Positions 36,617 to 46,226 of a DNA stretch of 64,000 bases are shown here, piece by piece. Position numbers and translations under genes: made by a program. Positions within the stretch are counted from its first letter, which is position 1, and each line of letters starts with the position of its first letter. The notes under the pieces were generated by a model. That model saw only the letters and a list, made by a program, of their open reading frames with translations, searched no databases and was not told the DNA's origin. The stretch comes from Minisyncoccota bacterium (GTDB lineage: Bacteria > Patescibacteriota > Minisyncoccia > Phycocordibacterales > Phycocordibacteraceae), in NCBI GenBank assembly GCA_022842945.1, contig JALHOO010000001.1:221830-285829 (forward strand), in the 5' to 3' direction.

Positions 36617-37681
36617 CTAGAGTCCTTCGGTGCGAAGATCCTCTATAGCCTTCTTCGCTTTGGAAGAGAGCTTCTTTGGAAGGGTTGCCGTCATGCGGAT
36701 GAGGAGATCTCCCTCATGGCTATCTATAACCACGCCCTTGCCCTTCAAACGAAGTGTTTGCTCTGCGGCGGTCATGGGAGGAATCTTAACCTCAAGCTTC
36801 TTGTCGTCGATGGTGGTGATGGACTCAGTGGTACCAAGGAGCGCATCGGTAAGCTTCATAGGCATCTGCATAACAAGGTTCATACCTTCCTTCTTAAACA
36901 CAGGATGCGGCTTCACGTGTACTTTTACGTAAAGGTCTCCGGACGCACCGCCCTTAACTGCCTCTCCCTGTCCTGGCATGCGGATCATTTCTCCCGCATC
37001 GATGCCCTTAGGAATCTGAATCTTTATCTCCTCTTCCTTGCGCAGTATTCCCTGTCCCGAACAGACCGGACATTTCTCCTTAGGAATCTTTCCGGCTCCC
37101 TCGCAGGAGGCACAGGTGCGTACACTTGTGAACGCACCAAGGGGAGAGTTGCGTGTCTCATGCATCTTCCCCTGCCCGTTACAGGTCTTGCAGGTGTCCA
37201 TAGACGTTCCCTTCTTCGCTCCCGATCCTTCACACGTGTCGCAGGTCCCAACCTTCGTCAAAAGCACGACGCGCGTAACCCCAAGAATGGACTCTTTGAA
37301 CGAGACCTCGATATCTATAGAAATGTCTCTCCCGCGCTTTGTGCGCTGGCGTCCTCCTCCAAAGATGTCTCCAAAGCCCTCGAAGAGATCGTTCAGGTCG
37401 AACTCAACACCGCCGTTCCCGAAGCCCGAGAACTGGGACGGATCAAACCCCCCATAGCCTCCCGCGCCTCCTCCCTGGAAGGTCTGGCCGTATGAGTCGT
37501 ACTCGCGGCGCTTCTTTTCGTCCGAGAGCGTGCTATATGCCTCGGTTATCTCCTTGAACTTCGCTTCGTCTCCACCCTTATCAGGATGGTGCTTCTGCGC
37601 AAGGGTACGAAATGCCTTCTTAACGTCCTCCTTTGAGGCCTTCTTGTCTACGCCGAGTATGTCGTAATAGTTCTTCGCCAT
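36617..37681 (-). CDS. dnaJ: chaperone DnaJ
   Basis: J domain with HPD motif (YDILGV...HHPDKGG), G/F-rich region and four CxxCxGxG zinc-finger repeats. Confidence 0.9.
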   Translation of the reverse strand: MAKNYYDILGVDKKASKEDVKKAFRTLAQKHHPDKGGDEAKFKEITEAYSTLSDEKKRREYDSYGQTFQGGGAGGYGGFDPSQFSGFGNGGVEFDLNDLFEGFGDIFGGGRQRTKRGRDISIDIEVSFKESILGVTRVVLLTKVGTCDTCEGSGAKKGTSMDTCKTCNGQGKMHETRNSPLGAFTSVRTCASCEGAGKIPKEKCPVCSGQGILRKEEEIKIQIPKGIDAGEMIRMPGQGEAVKGGASGDLYVKVHVKPHPVFKKEGMNLVMQMPMKLTDALLGTTESITTIDDKKLEVKIPPMTAAEQTLRLKGKGVVIDSHEGDLLIRMTATLPKKLSSKAKKAIEDLRTEGL

Positions 37682-37791
37682 ATCTATCTACTATACGCTG
37701 GCTCGATTGCAGAGGCAAAAGTACGATTCATAAAAAGAAAACGGGCGATCCTCACAAGGAGAATCGCCCGTCTTTGAACCCGAAGGTTCTG

Positions 37792-38235
37792 TCAGCGGCC
37801 GTCGCGAAAGATGCGGCAGGACTCGCTGGTGCGATACCGCGGATTGCGGCACATCTCGCTTTCACGCTGCGCATAGCGGCGTGCAGCGATACGCTCGCCG
37901 ATGCATTCCCTGAAGCCCGCACCCATGATGGAGGTACAGTCGACGTAGAGGTAGCCGCGACGTCCCGAGCGATACCGACGCTCGTACTCGGCACGGTCTT
38001 GCAGAGCGGCCGCTTCTTCGGCTGAGACCGCCCGGATTTCAGCCAGAACAGTCTGGCCGTCGATGCGGAGGGTCTCGTACCATTTGCCGGAGCAGATGAG
38101 GTCCACCTGCCGGGGCAGGTTCTCCGCTCGCGCCGGTGCACGGCAAGTCGTGATGTCGAGCGCCGAATCCTGGGCCAGTGCCGGAGTGACAAAGGCGCAG
38201 AAAGCCAGAGCTATCGCGATGATGATCGAACGCAT
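37792..38235 (-). CDS. secreted Cys-containing hypothetical protein in high-GC islet
   Basis: CGGAGA RBS then MRSIIIAIALAFCAFVTPALAQ signal peptide; GC about 60%; its own minus-strand terminator at 37738-37790. Confidence 0.45.
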   Translation of the reverse strand: MRSIIIAIALAFCAFVTPALAQDSALDITTCRAPARAENLPRQVDLICSGKWYETLRIDGQTVLAEIRAVSAEEAAALQDRAEYERRYRSGRRGYLYVDCTSIMGAGFRECIGERIAARRYAQRESEMCRNPRYRTSESCRIFRDGR

Positions 38236-38367
38236 GGAAAGATCTCCGTGTTGCGCGTCCCGAAGGACCCAATTGACGTTGGGTTGATAATATACCATAA
38301 TCATACAAAAGTCAATGCCTTGTGGAGATAGAACGATGGGCGCTGGGAGAGTATCCCAGCGCCCATA

Positions 38368-38535
38368 TCAGCACATAACCGGCTTCTTCGTTGTTGCAGG
38401 GCTGCGACGAGCGTTCCAGACAGGCCTATGCGTTTGAACGTATAGCTCCACCGCAGGCATGTTCTTGATCAGCTCTCTGAGTTGATCGTTCTTTCGCTTG
38501 TCGTATGCAGCAAGCGCCTTGCGTGCTTTCCTCAG
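38368..38535 (-). CDS. small basic hypothetical protein (high-GC islet)
   Basis: AGGGAGG RBS 7 nt upstream of ATG; about 55 aa; K/R-rich; not in the ORF track (below 60 aa). Confidence 0.25.
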   Translation of the reverse strand: MRKARKALAAYDKRKNDQLRELIKNMPAVELYVQTHRPVWNARRSPATTKKPVMC

Positions 38536-38589
38536 ATTGACCATAGCTCAACCTCCCTTTCTTCCTGCATCCTATCATTGACATTAGTA

Positions 38590-38625
38590 ATAAAACAAGC
38601 CGGCTCAATTGCCGGCTTGTTTACA
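38590..38625 (-). terminator. rho-independent terminator of dnaK (AACAAGCCGGCaattgaGCCGGCTTGTTTT)
   Basis: Perfect 11-bp stem followed by T-tract on the minus strand, just downstream of the dnaK stop. Confidence 0.6.
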
Positions 38626-38641
38626 ACACATGAGTCTAAGA

Positions 38642-40528
38642 CTACTCCTTCGGCTTCGCTTCCTCCGTAAACTCAGCGTCAGTGGTGCCGGCCTCTGGAG
38701 CTGCTTCTCCTTCCTTTGCAGGCTCCTCCTTCATCATAGACTCGCCAATCTTTGAGAGTGAAGTTGAGAGCGCTTCAGACGCGGTCTTGATTGCGTCGAG
38801 ATCTTCCCCGTCGCGAGCAGTGCGAAGAAGAGCGATCTTCTCGTTCACTTCCGTAACTACGTCAGCGGGAGCCTTCTCGCCTGCGTCCTTAACTGCCTTC
38901 TCAGCCGTGTAGATCATCTGCTCTGCGAGGTTCTTTGCCTCAACAATCTCTTTGCGCTTTGCGTCTTCTCCTGCATGCGCCTCTGCATCAGCCTTCATCT
39001 TCTCGATGTCAGCTTCTGAGAGTCCTGTTGAGCCTTCGATGCGGATAGACTGCTCCTTGCCGGTTGTCTTCTCAACCGCCTTCACGGTTAGGATACCGTT
39101 GGTATCAAGATCAAATGACACCTCTACCTGCGGAAGACCGCGTGGAGCCGGTGGGATGCCGTCGAGCATGAAGCGTCCAAGAGACTTGTTGTCTGCAGCC
39201 ATAGCGCGCTCTCCCTGCGTAACATGAATCTCAACCGAGGTCTGGTTGTCGCTTGCCGTTGAGAACGTCTGGCTACGTGAGGTTGGGACAGCGGTATTGC
39301 GCTCGATGAGCTTGGTAGCAACGCCTCCCATAGTCTCAATAGAGAGCGAGAGCGGAATAACGTCCACGAGAAGGATGTCCTTCACGTCGCCCTGGAGAAT
39401 ACCTGCCTGAATAGCAGCGCCAATAGCCACAACCTCGTCCGGATTCACGTCGCGGTGTGGCTTCTTTCCGAAGAGCTTCTCAACCTCTTCCTGGATCTTC
39501 GGCATGCGGGTCTGCCCTCCAACAAGAATGATCTCGCTAATATCGGAAGCCTTGAAGCCTGACGCCTCGAGCGCGCGCTTGGTGATGTCTATTGAGCGTG
39601 CGATGTACCCGTCTGCAAGAGACTCGAGGTTCGCGCGTGTGAGCTTAACGAGAAGGTGCTGTGGCGTACCGTCTGAACCAACGGTTATGAACGGGATGTT
39701 TACTTCTGTCTCTGAAGACGTTGAGAGTTCGTGCTTCGCCTTCTCAGCACCCTCGTCAAGACGCTGGAGCGCGAGCGGGTCCTTCGTTACATCGAGTCCA
39801 GTCTCCTTCTTAAACTCGTCTGCGATGTAGCGAACAATCTTCTGGTCGATATCGCGTCCACCCATGTGGCTGTCGCCGTCGGTAGACTTCACCTCGATAA
39901 CATCGTCGCCAACCTCAAGCACCGACACGTCGAAGGTTCCTCCGCCGAAGTCGTAGACAACAATCTTTTCTTCCTTCTTCTTGTTGAAGCCGTACGCGAG
40001 AGCGGCTGCGGTTGGCTCGTTGATGATGCGAAGCACTTCAAGACCCGCAACCTGTCCCGCAGCCTTAGTAGCGGCACGCTGTGCGTCGTCAAAGTAGGCA
40101 GGCACCGTAATAACCGCCTGGGTGATAGTCTCGCCTAGCTTCTTCTCAGCATCAGCCTTCATCTTCGAAAGGATCATTGCAGACACCTCCTCAGGACGAT
40201 AGTCCTTGTCGCCAAGGTGTACCTCAACACCGCCATTAGGTCCGCTCTTGATCTCGTACGGCACGACATCCTTGTCTTTCGTTACGACACTGTCGGTGAA
40301 CGCATGGCCCATGAAGCGCTTGATGCCGTAGATAGTATTCTTCGGATTCGTTACGGCCTGACGCTTTGCGAGTGTTCCTACGAGACGCTCACCATTCTTT
40401 GCGATTGCAACAACCGATGGCGTGGTGCGCGTACCCTCCGCGTTCTCAAGGACGCGTGGCTCGCCTCCCTCCATGATCGCCATGGCGGAGTTGGTTGTAC
40501 CGAGGTCTATACCGAGAATCTTTCCCAT
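38642..40528 (-). CDS. dnaK: chaperone DnaK (Hsp70)
   Basis: [18 protein letters not shown] and [10 protein letters not shown] Hsp70 signatures; 628 aa. Confidence 0.95.
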   Translation of the reverse strand: MGKILGIDLGTTNSAMAIMEGGEPRVLENAEGTRTTPSVVAIAKNGERLVGTLAKRQAVTNPKNTIYGIKRFMGHAFTDSVVTKDKDVVPYEIKSGPNGGVEVHLGDKDYRPEEVSAMILSKMKADAEKKLGETITQAVITVPAYFDDAQRAATKAAGQVAGLEVLRIINEPTAAALAYGFNKKKEEKIVVYDFGGGTFDVSVLEVGDDVIEVKSTDGDSHMGGRDIDQKIVRYIADEFKKETGLDVTKDPLALQRLDEGAEKAKHELSTSSETEVNIPFITVGSDGTPQHLLVKLTRANLESLADGYIARSIDITKRALEASGFKASDISEIILVGGQTRMPKIQEEVEKLFGKKPHRDVNPDEVVAIGAAIQAGILQGDVKDILLVDVIPLSLSIETMGGVATKLIERNTAVPTSRSQTFSTASDNQTSVEIHVTQGERAMAADNKSLGRFMLDGIPPAPRGLPQVEVSFDLDTNGILTVKAVEKTTGKEQSIRIEGSTGLSEADIEKMKADAEAHAGEDAKRKEIVEAKNLAEQMIYTAEKAVKDAGEKAPADVVTEVNEKIALLRTARDGEDLDAIKTASEALSTSLSKIGESMMKEEPAKEGEAAPEAGTTDAEFTEEAKPKE

Positions 40529-40636
40529 AGTGAAAATTGGCTAATTGAATAACACTCTAGTTCGCACACTATAAAAGTCCCCCTGTTCCTGAAGCACTCA
40601 TTTTACGCTTCCTACCGTAGGGTTCAAGGGGTCTCC

Positions 40637-41191
40637 CTATCCCGCAAACGAGCCTACACGCACCTTCGCTGCGCGCACGATAAGCTCCCCTGCTTTCCAT
40701 CCGGTTTCAAGAACGGCCGTAACAATTTCATCCTGCTCGCTAGAGTCTACCGGGTCCTGTCCAAGTGCCTCATGTCGCATAGGATCGAAGGCTTCTCCAA
40801 CCTCGCCGAACTGTACGAGACCGAGACTCCCTGTGGCGTCATGTAGCTGCTTTGCTATAGCTTGGAAGGATGCAGGAATTTCTCCTGTTGCTTCTGCGCG
40901 CGCGAGCGAGTCCATGGGCGTAATGAACGCATGGGACGCCTTCAGTACACCAAGCTTAATGGCCTCCATGCGCTCTTCTTCGAAGCGCTTGAGGGCGTTT
41001 ACGTAATCTGCCTTTGCGCGCTGCCATCCATCAAGATGTTCCTGGCGCTCCTTTTTGCAGATATCAAGTTCAGCTTTAAGCTTCTTGGTCTTCGCATCCA
41101 TGCGCGACTCCGTTGCCTCGAGCTCTTCCTCGCTCATGCCGTCTTCTTCAGCGCCGTCGCGCTCAACTGAAATGTCATCGTTCTCATCCAT
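40637..41191 (-). CDS. grpE: nucleotide exchange factor GrpE
   Basis: Coiled-coil N-terminal half plus C-terminal beta domain, in the grpE-dnaK-dnaJ order. Confidence 0.8.
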   Translation of the reverse strand: MDENDDISVERDGAEEDGMSEEELEATESRMDAKTKKLKAELDICKKERQEHLDGWQRAKADYVNALKRFEEERMEAIKLGVLKASHAFITPMDSLARAEATGEIPASFQAIAKQLHDATGSLGLVQFGEVGEAFDPMRHEALGQDPVDSSEQDEIVTAVLETGWKAGELIVRAAKVRVGSFAG

Positions 41192-41267
41192 ATACTAAGA
41201 CTATGCCTGAAAGCATGAGTCGAGTCAAAACGTGTTTTCTTAGAAGAAGATTCTCAGAAATAAATAA

Positions 41268-41660
41268 CTATTCCGTTGTATCGCCCAGATATTCTTCGTG
41301 ATCTTTGTCGGCGTCTGCTTTTGTCTTGTGCACTACACCGTCCTCGTGATGTGGCATGGCATAGATACTGTAGAGCTTTAGATCTATGTCTCCTGTGTTA
41401 ATGATGTTGTGCTCTGTACCTGCTGGAATAACAGTAGCGGAGTCGTCCTTTAGGGCGTGCTCTACTCCGTCTAGAATTGCCTTCCCTTCTCCCGCCTCTA
41501 CACGGATAAACTGGTCTTGCCCGTGTATCTCTACACCAATGTCTTCTCCTTTCGGAATAGACATAACAACCAGCTGCATGTAAGAGGCTGTGTAGAGCAC
41601 CTTCCTGAAGTTGGTGTTGTCGAGCGTCTCGCGCTCAATGTCTGCTAGGTATCCTTTCAT
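41268..41660 (-). CDS. cupin domain protein
   Basis: Two-His cupin motifs (GVEIHGQDQF... and GTEHNIINTG); 130 aa. Confidence 0.55.
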   Translation of the reverse strand: MKGYLADIERETLDNTNFRKVLYTASYMQLVVMSIPKGEDIGVEIHGQDQFIRVEAGEGKAILDGVEHALKDDSATVIPAGTEHNIINTGDIDLKLYSIYAMPHHEDGVVHKTKADADKDHEEYLGDTTE

Positions 41661-41798
41661 GGTGTGCAGGTTAGTTTTCTATACGGTACCACGCATTGAA
41701 TGGTGCGCACATGAAGAAAAGAATTCAGCCCCGACGTCCTGATGGACGCGGGGCTGAGGGTTGTGTCACCCGAAGGTGAGGTTGATGGTCGCGCGATA

Positions 41799-41918
41799 TC
41801 AGCTGGGGCCGGCCGAAGCGGCACGGAGTTCCAGCAGCGGGTGCGGACGGTCGACAGCGGGAGCGACGGCGGCCAGGGCGATGTCGGAGCCGATGTGGCC
41901 CGGGGGAAGGTTCTTCAT
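41799..41918 (-). CDS. small ORF (39 aa) in high-GC mini-insert
   Basis: GGAGAG RBS 6 nt before the ATG; downstream hairpin plus T-tract on the minus strand (41726-41760); GC above 60%. Confidence 0.2.
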   Translation of the reverse strand: MKNLPPGHIGSDIALAAVAPAVDRPHPLLELRAASAGPS

Positions 41919-42060
41919 CTCTGTCTCTCCAGAGGCTGTGATATCGAAAGCGGGATGCTCTCGATTCCCCAAGAGTACTCCTATCTTCATGAAGTACAAG
42001 AGGTTATCAACAAACAACAAATCCCCGCAGGAAGCGGGGATTTGTTGGTGTGATGCGATA

Positions 42061-42465
42061 TTAACGCTTCGACCACTGTGGACTCTTGCGAGCCTTGCGA
42101 AGACCTGGCTTCTTGCGCTCAACGGCACGAGGGTCGCGCTTAAGGAATCCTGCAGCCTTGAGTGCTGGACGGCTTCCCTCCTCGATAAGAGTAAGAGCGC
42201 GAGAGATAGCGTGACGTACGGCAACTGCCTGTGCGCTCTTGCCTCCTCCCTGTACGCGAGCCATAACCTCGTAGTTGTTCTTGTGCTCCTCAACACGGAA
42301 GGCGTCTCCGGTGATGGACTCGCGCTCTGCAGTGTTGAAATACTCGCGAGCGTCCATACCGTTAACCGTAACGGTGTTCTTCTCCGACGGAGTGAGCTTT
42401 ACGCGTGCGCTTGCCGTCTTGCGACGACCGACAGCGGTAACGTACTTCTGGGTGTTCTCAGCCAT
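42061..42465 (-). CDS. rpsI: 30S ribosomal protein S9
   Basis: Conserved C-terminus ...RKSPQWSKR; 134 aa. Confidence 0.9.
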   Translation of the reverse strand: MAENTQKYVTAVGRRKTASARVKLTPSEKNTVTVNGMDAREYFNTAERESITGDAFRVEEHKNNYEVMARVQGGGKSAQAVAVRHAISRALTLIEEGSRPALKAAGFLKRDPRAVERKKPGLRKARKSPQWSKR

Positions 42466-42470
42466 AGAAT

Positions 42471-42848
42471 CTAGTCGGTAATAGTAAGACGCTTCATGCG
42501 CTCCTTGCGAAGCTTGTTGCGCGGAATCATGCCGTCAACTGCCTTCCAGAGAGCCTCGCTCACACCCTTCTTCTGAAGAAGGTTTGAGAGAGACGTAATG
42601 CGAAGACCTCCTGGGTAGCCGGTGTAGCGGGTGTACTCCTTTCCCGCTATGCGCTTCTCGGTCATAACGAGCTTTGAGGCGTTGATAATCTCAACCTCAG
42701 CTGCAACGACTTCGTTCTGCATGTACTGTGCAGACTTCTTTCCAAGAAGGATAGAAGCAGCCTCGCTCGCTACGCGTCCAAGCGAACCTCCTGCCGCGTC
42801 TACGGTGTAGAGCGTGCGCTCTCCTTTCTGTGTCTTAGTAGTAGCCAT
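42471..42848 (-). CDS. rplM: 50S ribosomal protein L13
   Basis: L13 family sequence, paired with rpsI. Confidence 0.9.
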   Translation of the reverse strand: MATTKTQKGERTLYTVDAAGGSLGRVASEAASILLGKKSAQYMQNEVVAAEVEIINASKLVMTEKRIAGKEYTRYTGYPGGLRITSLSNLLQKKGVSEALWKAVDGMIPRNKLRKERMKRLTITD

Positions 42849-42853
42849 AAATA

Positions 42854-43207
42854 TTATACGAATGCGATATACGCGGTCTTGCGTCCGTCTGAAGCGGTTG
42901 CTGCACGCTTAACGATGCGGGTGTAGCCTCCAGGACGCTCGGTGTAGCGAGGCGCAATGGTCGCAAAGAGCTTCGCAGTGGACTCGTCATCGTTTCCAAG
43001 ACGTGCCGCAACCAAACGGCGATTCGCAACGGAATCGACGCGGGCATGGGATACGAGCTTCTCGATGATCGGGCGGAGCTCCTTAGCCTTTGCCTCGGTT
43101 GTCGAGATACGCTCGTGGATGATCAGGGAGCGCATGAGGGAACGCATCAACGCTGTGCGCTGGTCATGCGGTCGTCCGAACGTCCTTCCTTTGTGGTGAT
43201 GGCGCAT
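42854..43207 (-). CDS. rplQ: 50S ribosomal protein L17
   Basis: MRHHHKGRTFGR... start, typical of L17. Confidence 0.9.
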   Translation of the reverse strand: MRHHHKGRTFGRPHDQRTALMRSLMRSLIIHERISTTEAKAKELRPIIEKLVSHARVDSVANRRLVAARLGNDDESTAKLFATIAPRYTERPGGYTRIVKRAATASDGRKTAYIAFV

Positions 43208-43253
43208 ATACTTGTTTTAACACGATTTCTGACCTGAGTCCAAATCCCTACTA

Positions 43254-44204
43254 TTATTCGCCCTTAAGCTCGAGTCCAAGGGCATCGAGTGCCTCCTTGA
43301 TCTCAGTTACTGCCTTCTCGCCAACACCCTCGAGCTCGAGGAGCTGTGAGGCGGTCTTCTTCACGAGTCCTGCTACAGACTTGATGCCAGCGTCGCTGAG
43401 CGCGGTCTCAATACGAGCACCAAGACCGAGTTCCTCGATCTTTGCCTTTGCTGGGTCCTTGCCCGGAGCCTTGTCCTCAGACTTCGCTGGAAGGTCCGTT
43501 ACCGACTCTGATGTTGCCTCCTGGAAGCCAACGATAGCTGAGAGCTGGTGGATCATAACCTCGATTGAGCTCTCAAGAGCCTCGCGAGGGGTGATAGTGC
43601 CGTTGGTCTCGATGAGCATACGGAGACGGTTGAAGTCCGTACGGTCTCCAACGCGCATGTTCTCAACCTCGTAGTTAACGCGGCGAATTGGGGTGAATGT
43701 TGCATCGAGTGCAATGGTACCGATATCAACCTTGTCCTTGGTAAGAAGCTCGCGGGCAACGTAGCCGAGACCGCGCTCGATAGTAGCCTCTAGCTCAAAC
43801 GAGATCTTGCCTGATACGTCCGCAATGTGCGCGTCTGGGTTTGCAATCTCAACCTGGCTCGGAAGCTTGAAGTCTGCTGCCGTAACCTGCTTTGGTCCCT
43901 TAACAGAAAGAGAGATAGTCTGCGGCTCGTCTCCGTGAAGTGCGAAGTGTACGCGCTTCAAGTTGAGGAGAACCTCCATAACAGACTCGCGCACGCCCTC
44001 CATGGTAGCGAACTCGTGTGAGACGCCGTCAATCTTAACGGAGGTAACTGCAGCTCCTGGAAGAGATGCGTGAATAATACGGCGTAGTGAGTTGCCGAGC
44101 GTGTGGCCGTAGCCTGGATAGAGCGAATCTATCTCATAAATTCCCTGTACGCCTTCTTCTGAGACGACGCGGGGCTTCGAGGGGAGCGTGATGTGGTGTT
44201 CCAT
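43254..44204 (-). CDS. rpoA: DNA-directed RNA polymerase subunit alpha
   Basis: N-terminal dimerisation domain and C-terminal alpha-CTD HhH; lies between rpsD and rplQ. Confidence 0.9.
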   Translation of the reverse strand: MEHHITLPSKPRVVSEEGVQGIYEIDSLYPGYGHTLGNSLRRIIHASLPGAAVTSVKIDGVSHEFATMEGVRESVMEVLLNLKRVHFALHGDEPQTISLSVKGPKQVTAADFKLPSQVEIANPDAHIADVSGKISFELEATIERGLGYVARELLTKDKVDIGTIALDATFTPIRRVNYEVENMRVGDRTDFNRLRMLIETNGTITPREALESSIEVMIHQLSAIVGFQEATSESVTDLPAKSEDKAPGKDPAKAKIEELGLGARIETALSDAGIKSVAGLVKKTASQLLELEGVGEKAVTEIKEALDALGLELKGE

Positions 44205-44248
44205 GACTCAATCAGATTAAACCAACAATAAAGCTGAACGTATAAAGA

Positions 44249-44863
44249 CTAGCGGCTGTAGAACGAAAGCACAGTAACCAGGTTGCCTGCAGGAGCCGCC
44301 GCCTCTTCAGTCGGGACTTCTACAACGCCACCCTCCATGGTCTTCGCATTCCATGAGAGCCACGACGCAAGCGTCGGACGCTCAAGGAACTTCTCTGCGA
44401 AGTTCTCGAACAAAACGGCACTCTTCGAGCCCTCGCGCACACCGATGGTCTCACCGATCTTCATCGCGCGTGATGGGATCGTGGTCTTCACTCCGTTCAC
44501 CGTAAGGTGCCCGTGAGAGACCATCTGGCGTGCTGCGCGACGCGTTGGCGCAAGTCCAATGCGGTACGCAACGTTGTCGAGACGAAGCTCGAGAAGGCGG
44601 TGGAGGGTTTCTGCAGGAGGAAGACCGTGGGTTGCGTTTGCTGTTGCAACGTAGTTTGAGAACTGCTTCTCAGAAAGGCCGTAGGTCATACGAACCTTCT
44701 GCTTCTCTAGAAGCTGCTTGCCGAACTCAGTCTGGTTCTGGCGACGTCCCTTCTTGTTGCGTGCTGCACGCTCTTCAGCGATAGCAAACTTCTGGGTCTG
44801 GGTCTTCTCGAAGACGCTTGCACCGAGGCGCTTTGCGATCTTGTACTTAGGTCCGATTTTCAT
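44249..44863 (-). CDS. rpsD: 30S ribosomal protein S4
   Basis: S4 domain, 204 aa. Confidence 0.9.
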   Translation of the reverse strand: MKIGPKYKIAKRLGASVFEKTQTQKFAIAEERAARNKKGRRQNQTEFGKQLLEKQKVRMTYGLSEKQFSNYVATANATHGLPPAETLHRLLELRLDNVAYRIGLAPTRRAARQMVSHGHLTVNGVKTTIPSRAMKIGETIGVREGSKSAVLFENFAEKFLERPTLASWLSWNAKTMEGGVVEVPTEEAAAPAGNLVTVLSFYSR

Positions 44864-44887
44864 AGGTAGGTAAAAAGAAGTGAAAGA

Positions 44888-45322
44888 CTATACGCGACGA
44901 GCCTTCTTCGGGCGTGGGCCGTTGTGCGGCACCGGTGTTGCGTCCTTGATAGCGCGAATGGCAATACCCTTTCCAGCAAAGGCACGGAGTGCGGACTCGC
45001 GTCCAGCACCGATACCGCGGATAACAACCGAAGCCTCCTTCACACCGATAAGAAGTGCCTTGTCGCCAAGGAGCTCGCCAACTTTTGCAGCGGCGTACGG
45101 AGTAGACTTGCGGGCTCCAGAGAAGCCAAGCGCGCCCGCAGAAGAAGAGATGATCGCATTGCCCTTGTCGTCGGTAAGGACGGCCTTGGTGTTGTTGAAG
45201 GTGGCCTCAACGTGAAGAACACCACGCTCGAGACGCTTCTTAACGGCCTTGGACATCGCACGGTCCTTGCGACCCTGGTCCATGCCCTTTCCGGACTTCT
45301 TGATGATTCTCTTCTTTCCCAT
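44888..45322 (-). CDS. rpsK: 30S ribosomal protein S11
   Basis: S11 family sequence, 144 aa. Confidence 0.9.
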   Translation of the reverse strand: MGKKRIIKKSGKGMDQGRKDRAMSKAVKKRLERGVLHVEATFNNTKAVLTDDKGNAIISSSAGALGFSGARKSTPYAAAKVGELLGDKALLIGVKEASVVIRGIGAGRESALRAFAGKGIAIRAIKDATPVPHNGPRPKKARRV

Positions 45323-45355
45323 AGTAATTGGTTCGTTGAATTAAAAGTATGCGGT

Positions 45356-45736
45356 CTATGTCTTCTCAAGCGTACGACGTCCGCTACCCATAGTCTTGCG
45401 GGTGTTGCCGCGGACGGTGCGGGAGTTGGTCTTAGTGCGCTGTGCGCGTACCGGAAGACGGCGCTCGTGACGGATGCCACGTGCTGAACGAATGTCCTTA
45501 AGACGCTTAACGTTCTGGCTCTCCTCGCGGCGGAGCTCTCCTTCGATGGTGTACGCCTCTGAGAGGGTACGAATCTTCTGCTCCTCATCTGCAGAGAGAT
45601 CCTTGCCCTTGCGTGTTGGCTCTACACCAGCCTCCTTAAGAATAGTGAGGGCGCGTGTTGGACCAATGCCAAAGATAAGAGGCAGTGCGTACGCAAGCTG
45701 CTTGTCGTCTGGAAGGGTAACACCGGCGATACGCAT
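45356..45736 (-). CDS. rpsM: 30S ribosomal protein S13
   Basis: MRIAGVTLP... start typical of S13. Confidence 0.9.
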   Translation of the reverse strand: MRIAGVTLPDDKQLAYALPLIFGIGPTRALTILKEAGVEPTRKGKDLSADEEQKIRTLSEAYTIEGELRREESQNVKRLKDIRSARGIRHERRLPVRAQRTKTNSRTVRGNTRKTMGSGRRTLEKT

Positions 45737-45783
45737 GGATACGAGGAATTAAAAAGAGAAATACAGGATAAGTAATGTGGCGA

Positions 45784-45900
45784 CTAGCCCTGACGAGCTT
45801 TGCGGCGCGGGTTGCGCTTGTTGATACGGTACAAGCGTCCGCGTCGGCGGACGATGATATCTCCAGGTTCTTGAACTTTTATGGATGCACGTACCTTCAT
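45784..45900 (-). CDS. rpmJ: 50S ribosomal protein L36
   Basis: MKVRASIK...[20 protein letters not shown], 38 aa; not in the ORF track because it is short. Confidence 0.75.
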   Translation of the reverse strand: MKVRASIKVQEPGDIIVRRRGRLYRINKRNPRRKARQG

Positions 45901-45913
45901 CTTTCAGGGTTTT

Positions 45914-46129
45914 TTAGCTAAGTCGCCTCACAATGCGCGCACGTCCGCCATACGGGTCGATGACCAGTTCAACCTGATCTCCTACCAGCACGCGTATACG
46001 GTGCAAACGCATCTTTCCAGCGAGGTAGGCAAGCTGGAGCTCTCCCGTTGGCATCCTAACCCTAAAAAGGGAATTAGGAAGCACCTCCTCTACGGAGCCG
46101 GTTGCTGCGCCTTCTTTACTTACCTCCAT
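45914..46129 (-). CDS. infA: translation initiation factor IF-1
   Basis: S1-like OB fold with IF-1 hallmarks (LPNSLFRV...GKMR...IRVLVGDQVELVIDPY). The ORF-track N-terminal extension to 46207 is probably not translated. Confidence 0.8.
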   Translation of the reverse strand: MEVSKEGAATGSVEEVLPNSLFRVRMPTGELQLAYLAGKMRLHRIRVLVGDQVELVIDPYGGRARIVRRLS

Positions 46130-46226
46130 GTGAAGCTTTATTATCCTACCAAGCAAGAGAAACAACGTCAACCAGCCGAATTGGTATATCGGCTGGGAAC
46201 GCCGCACAATGCCTAGACTTTTATAA

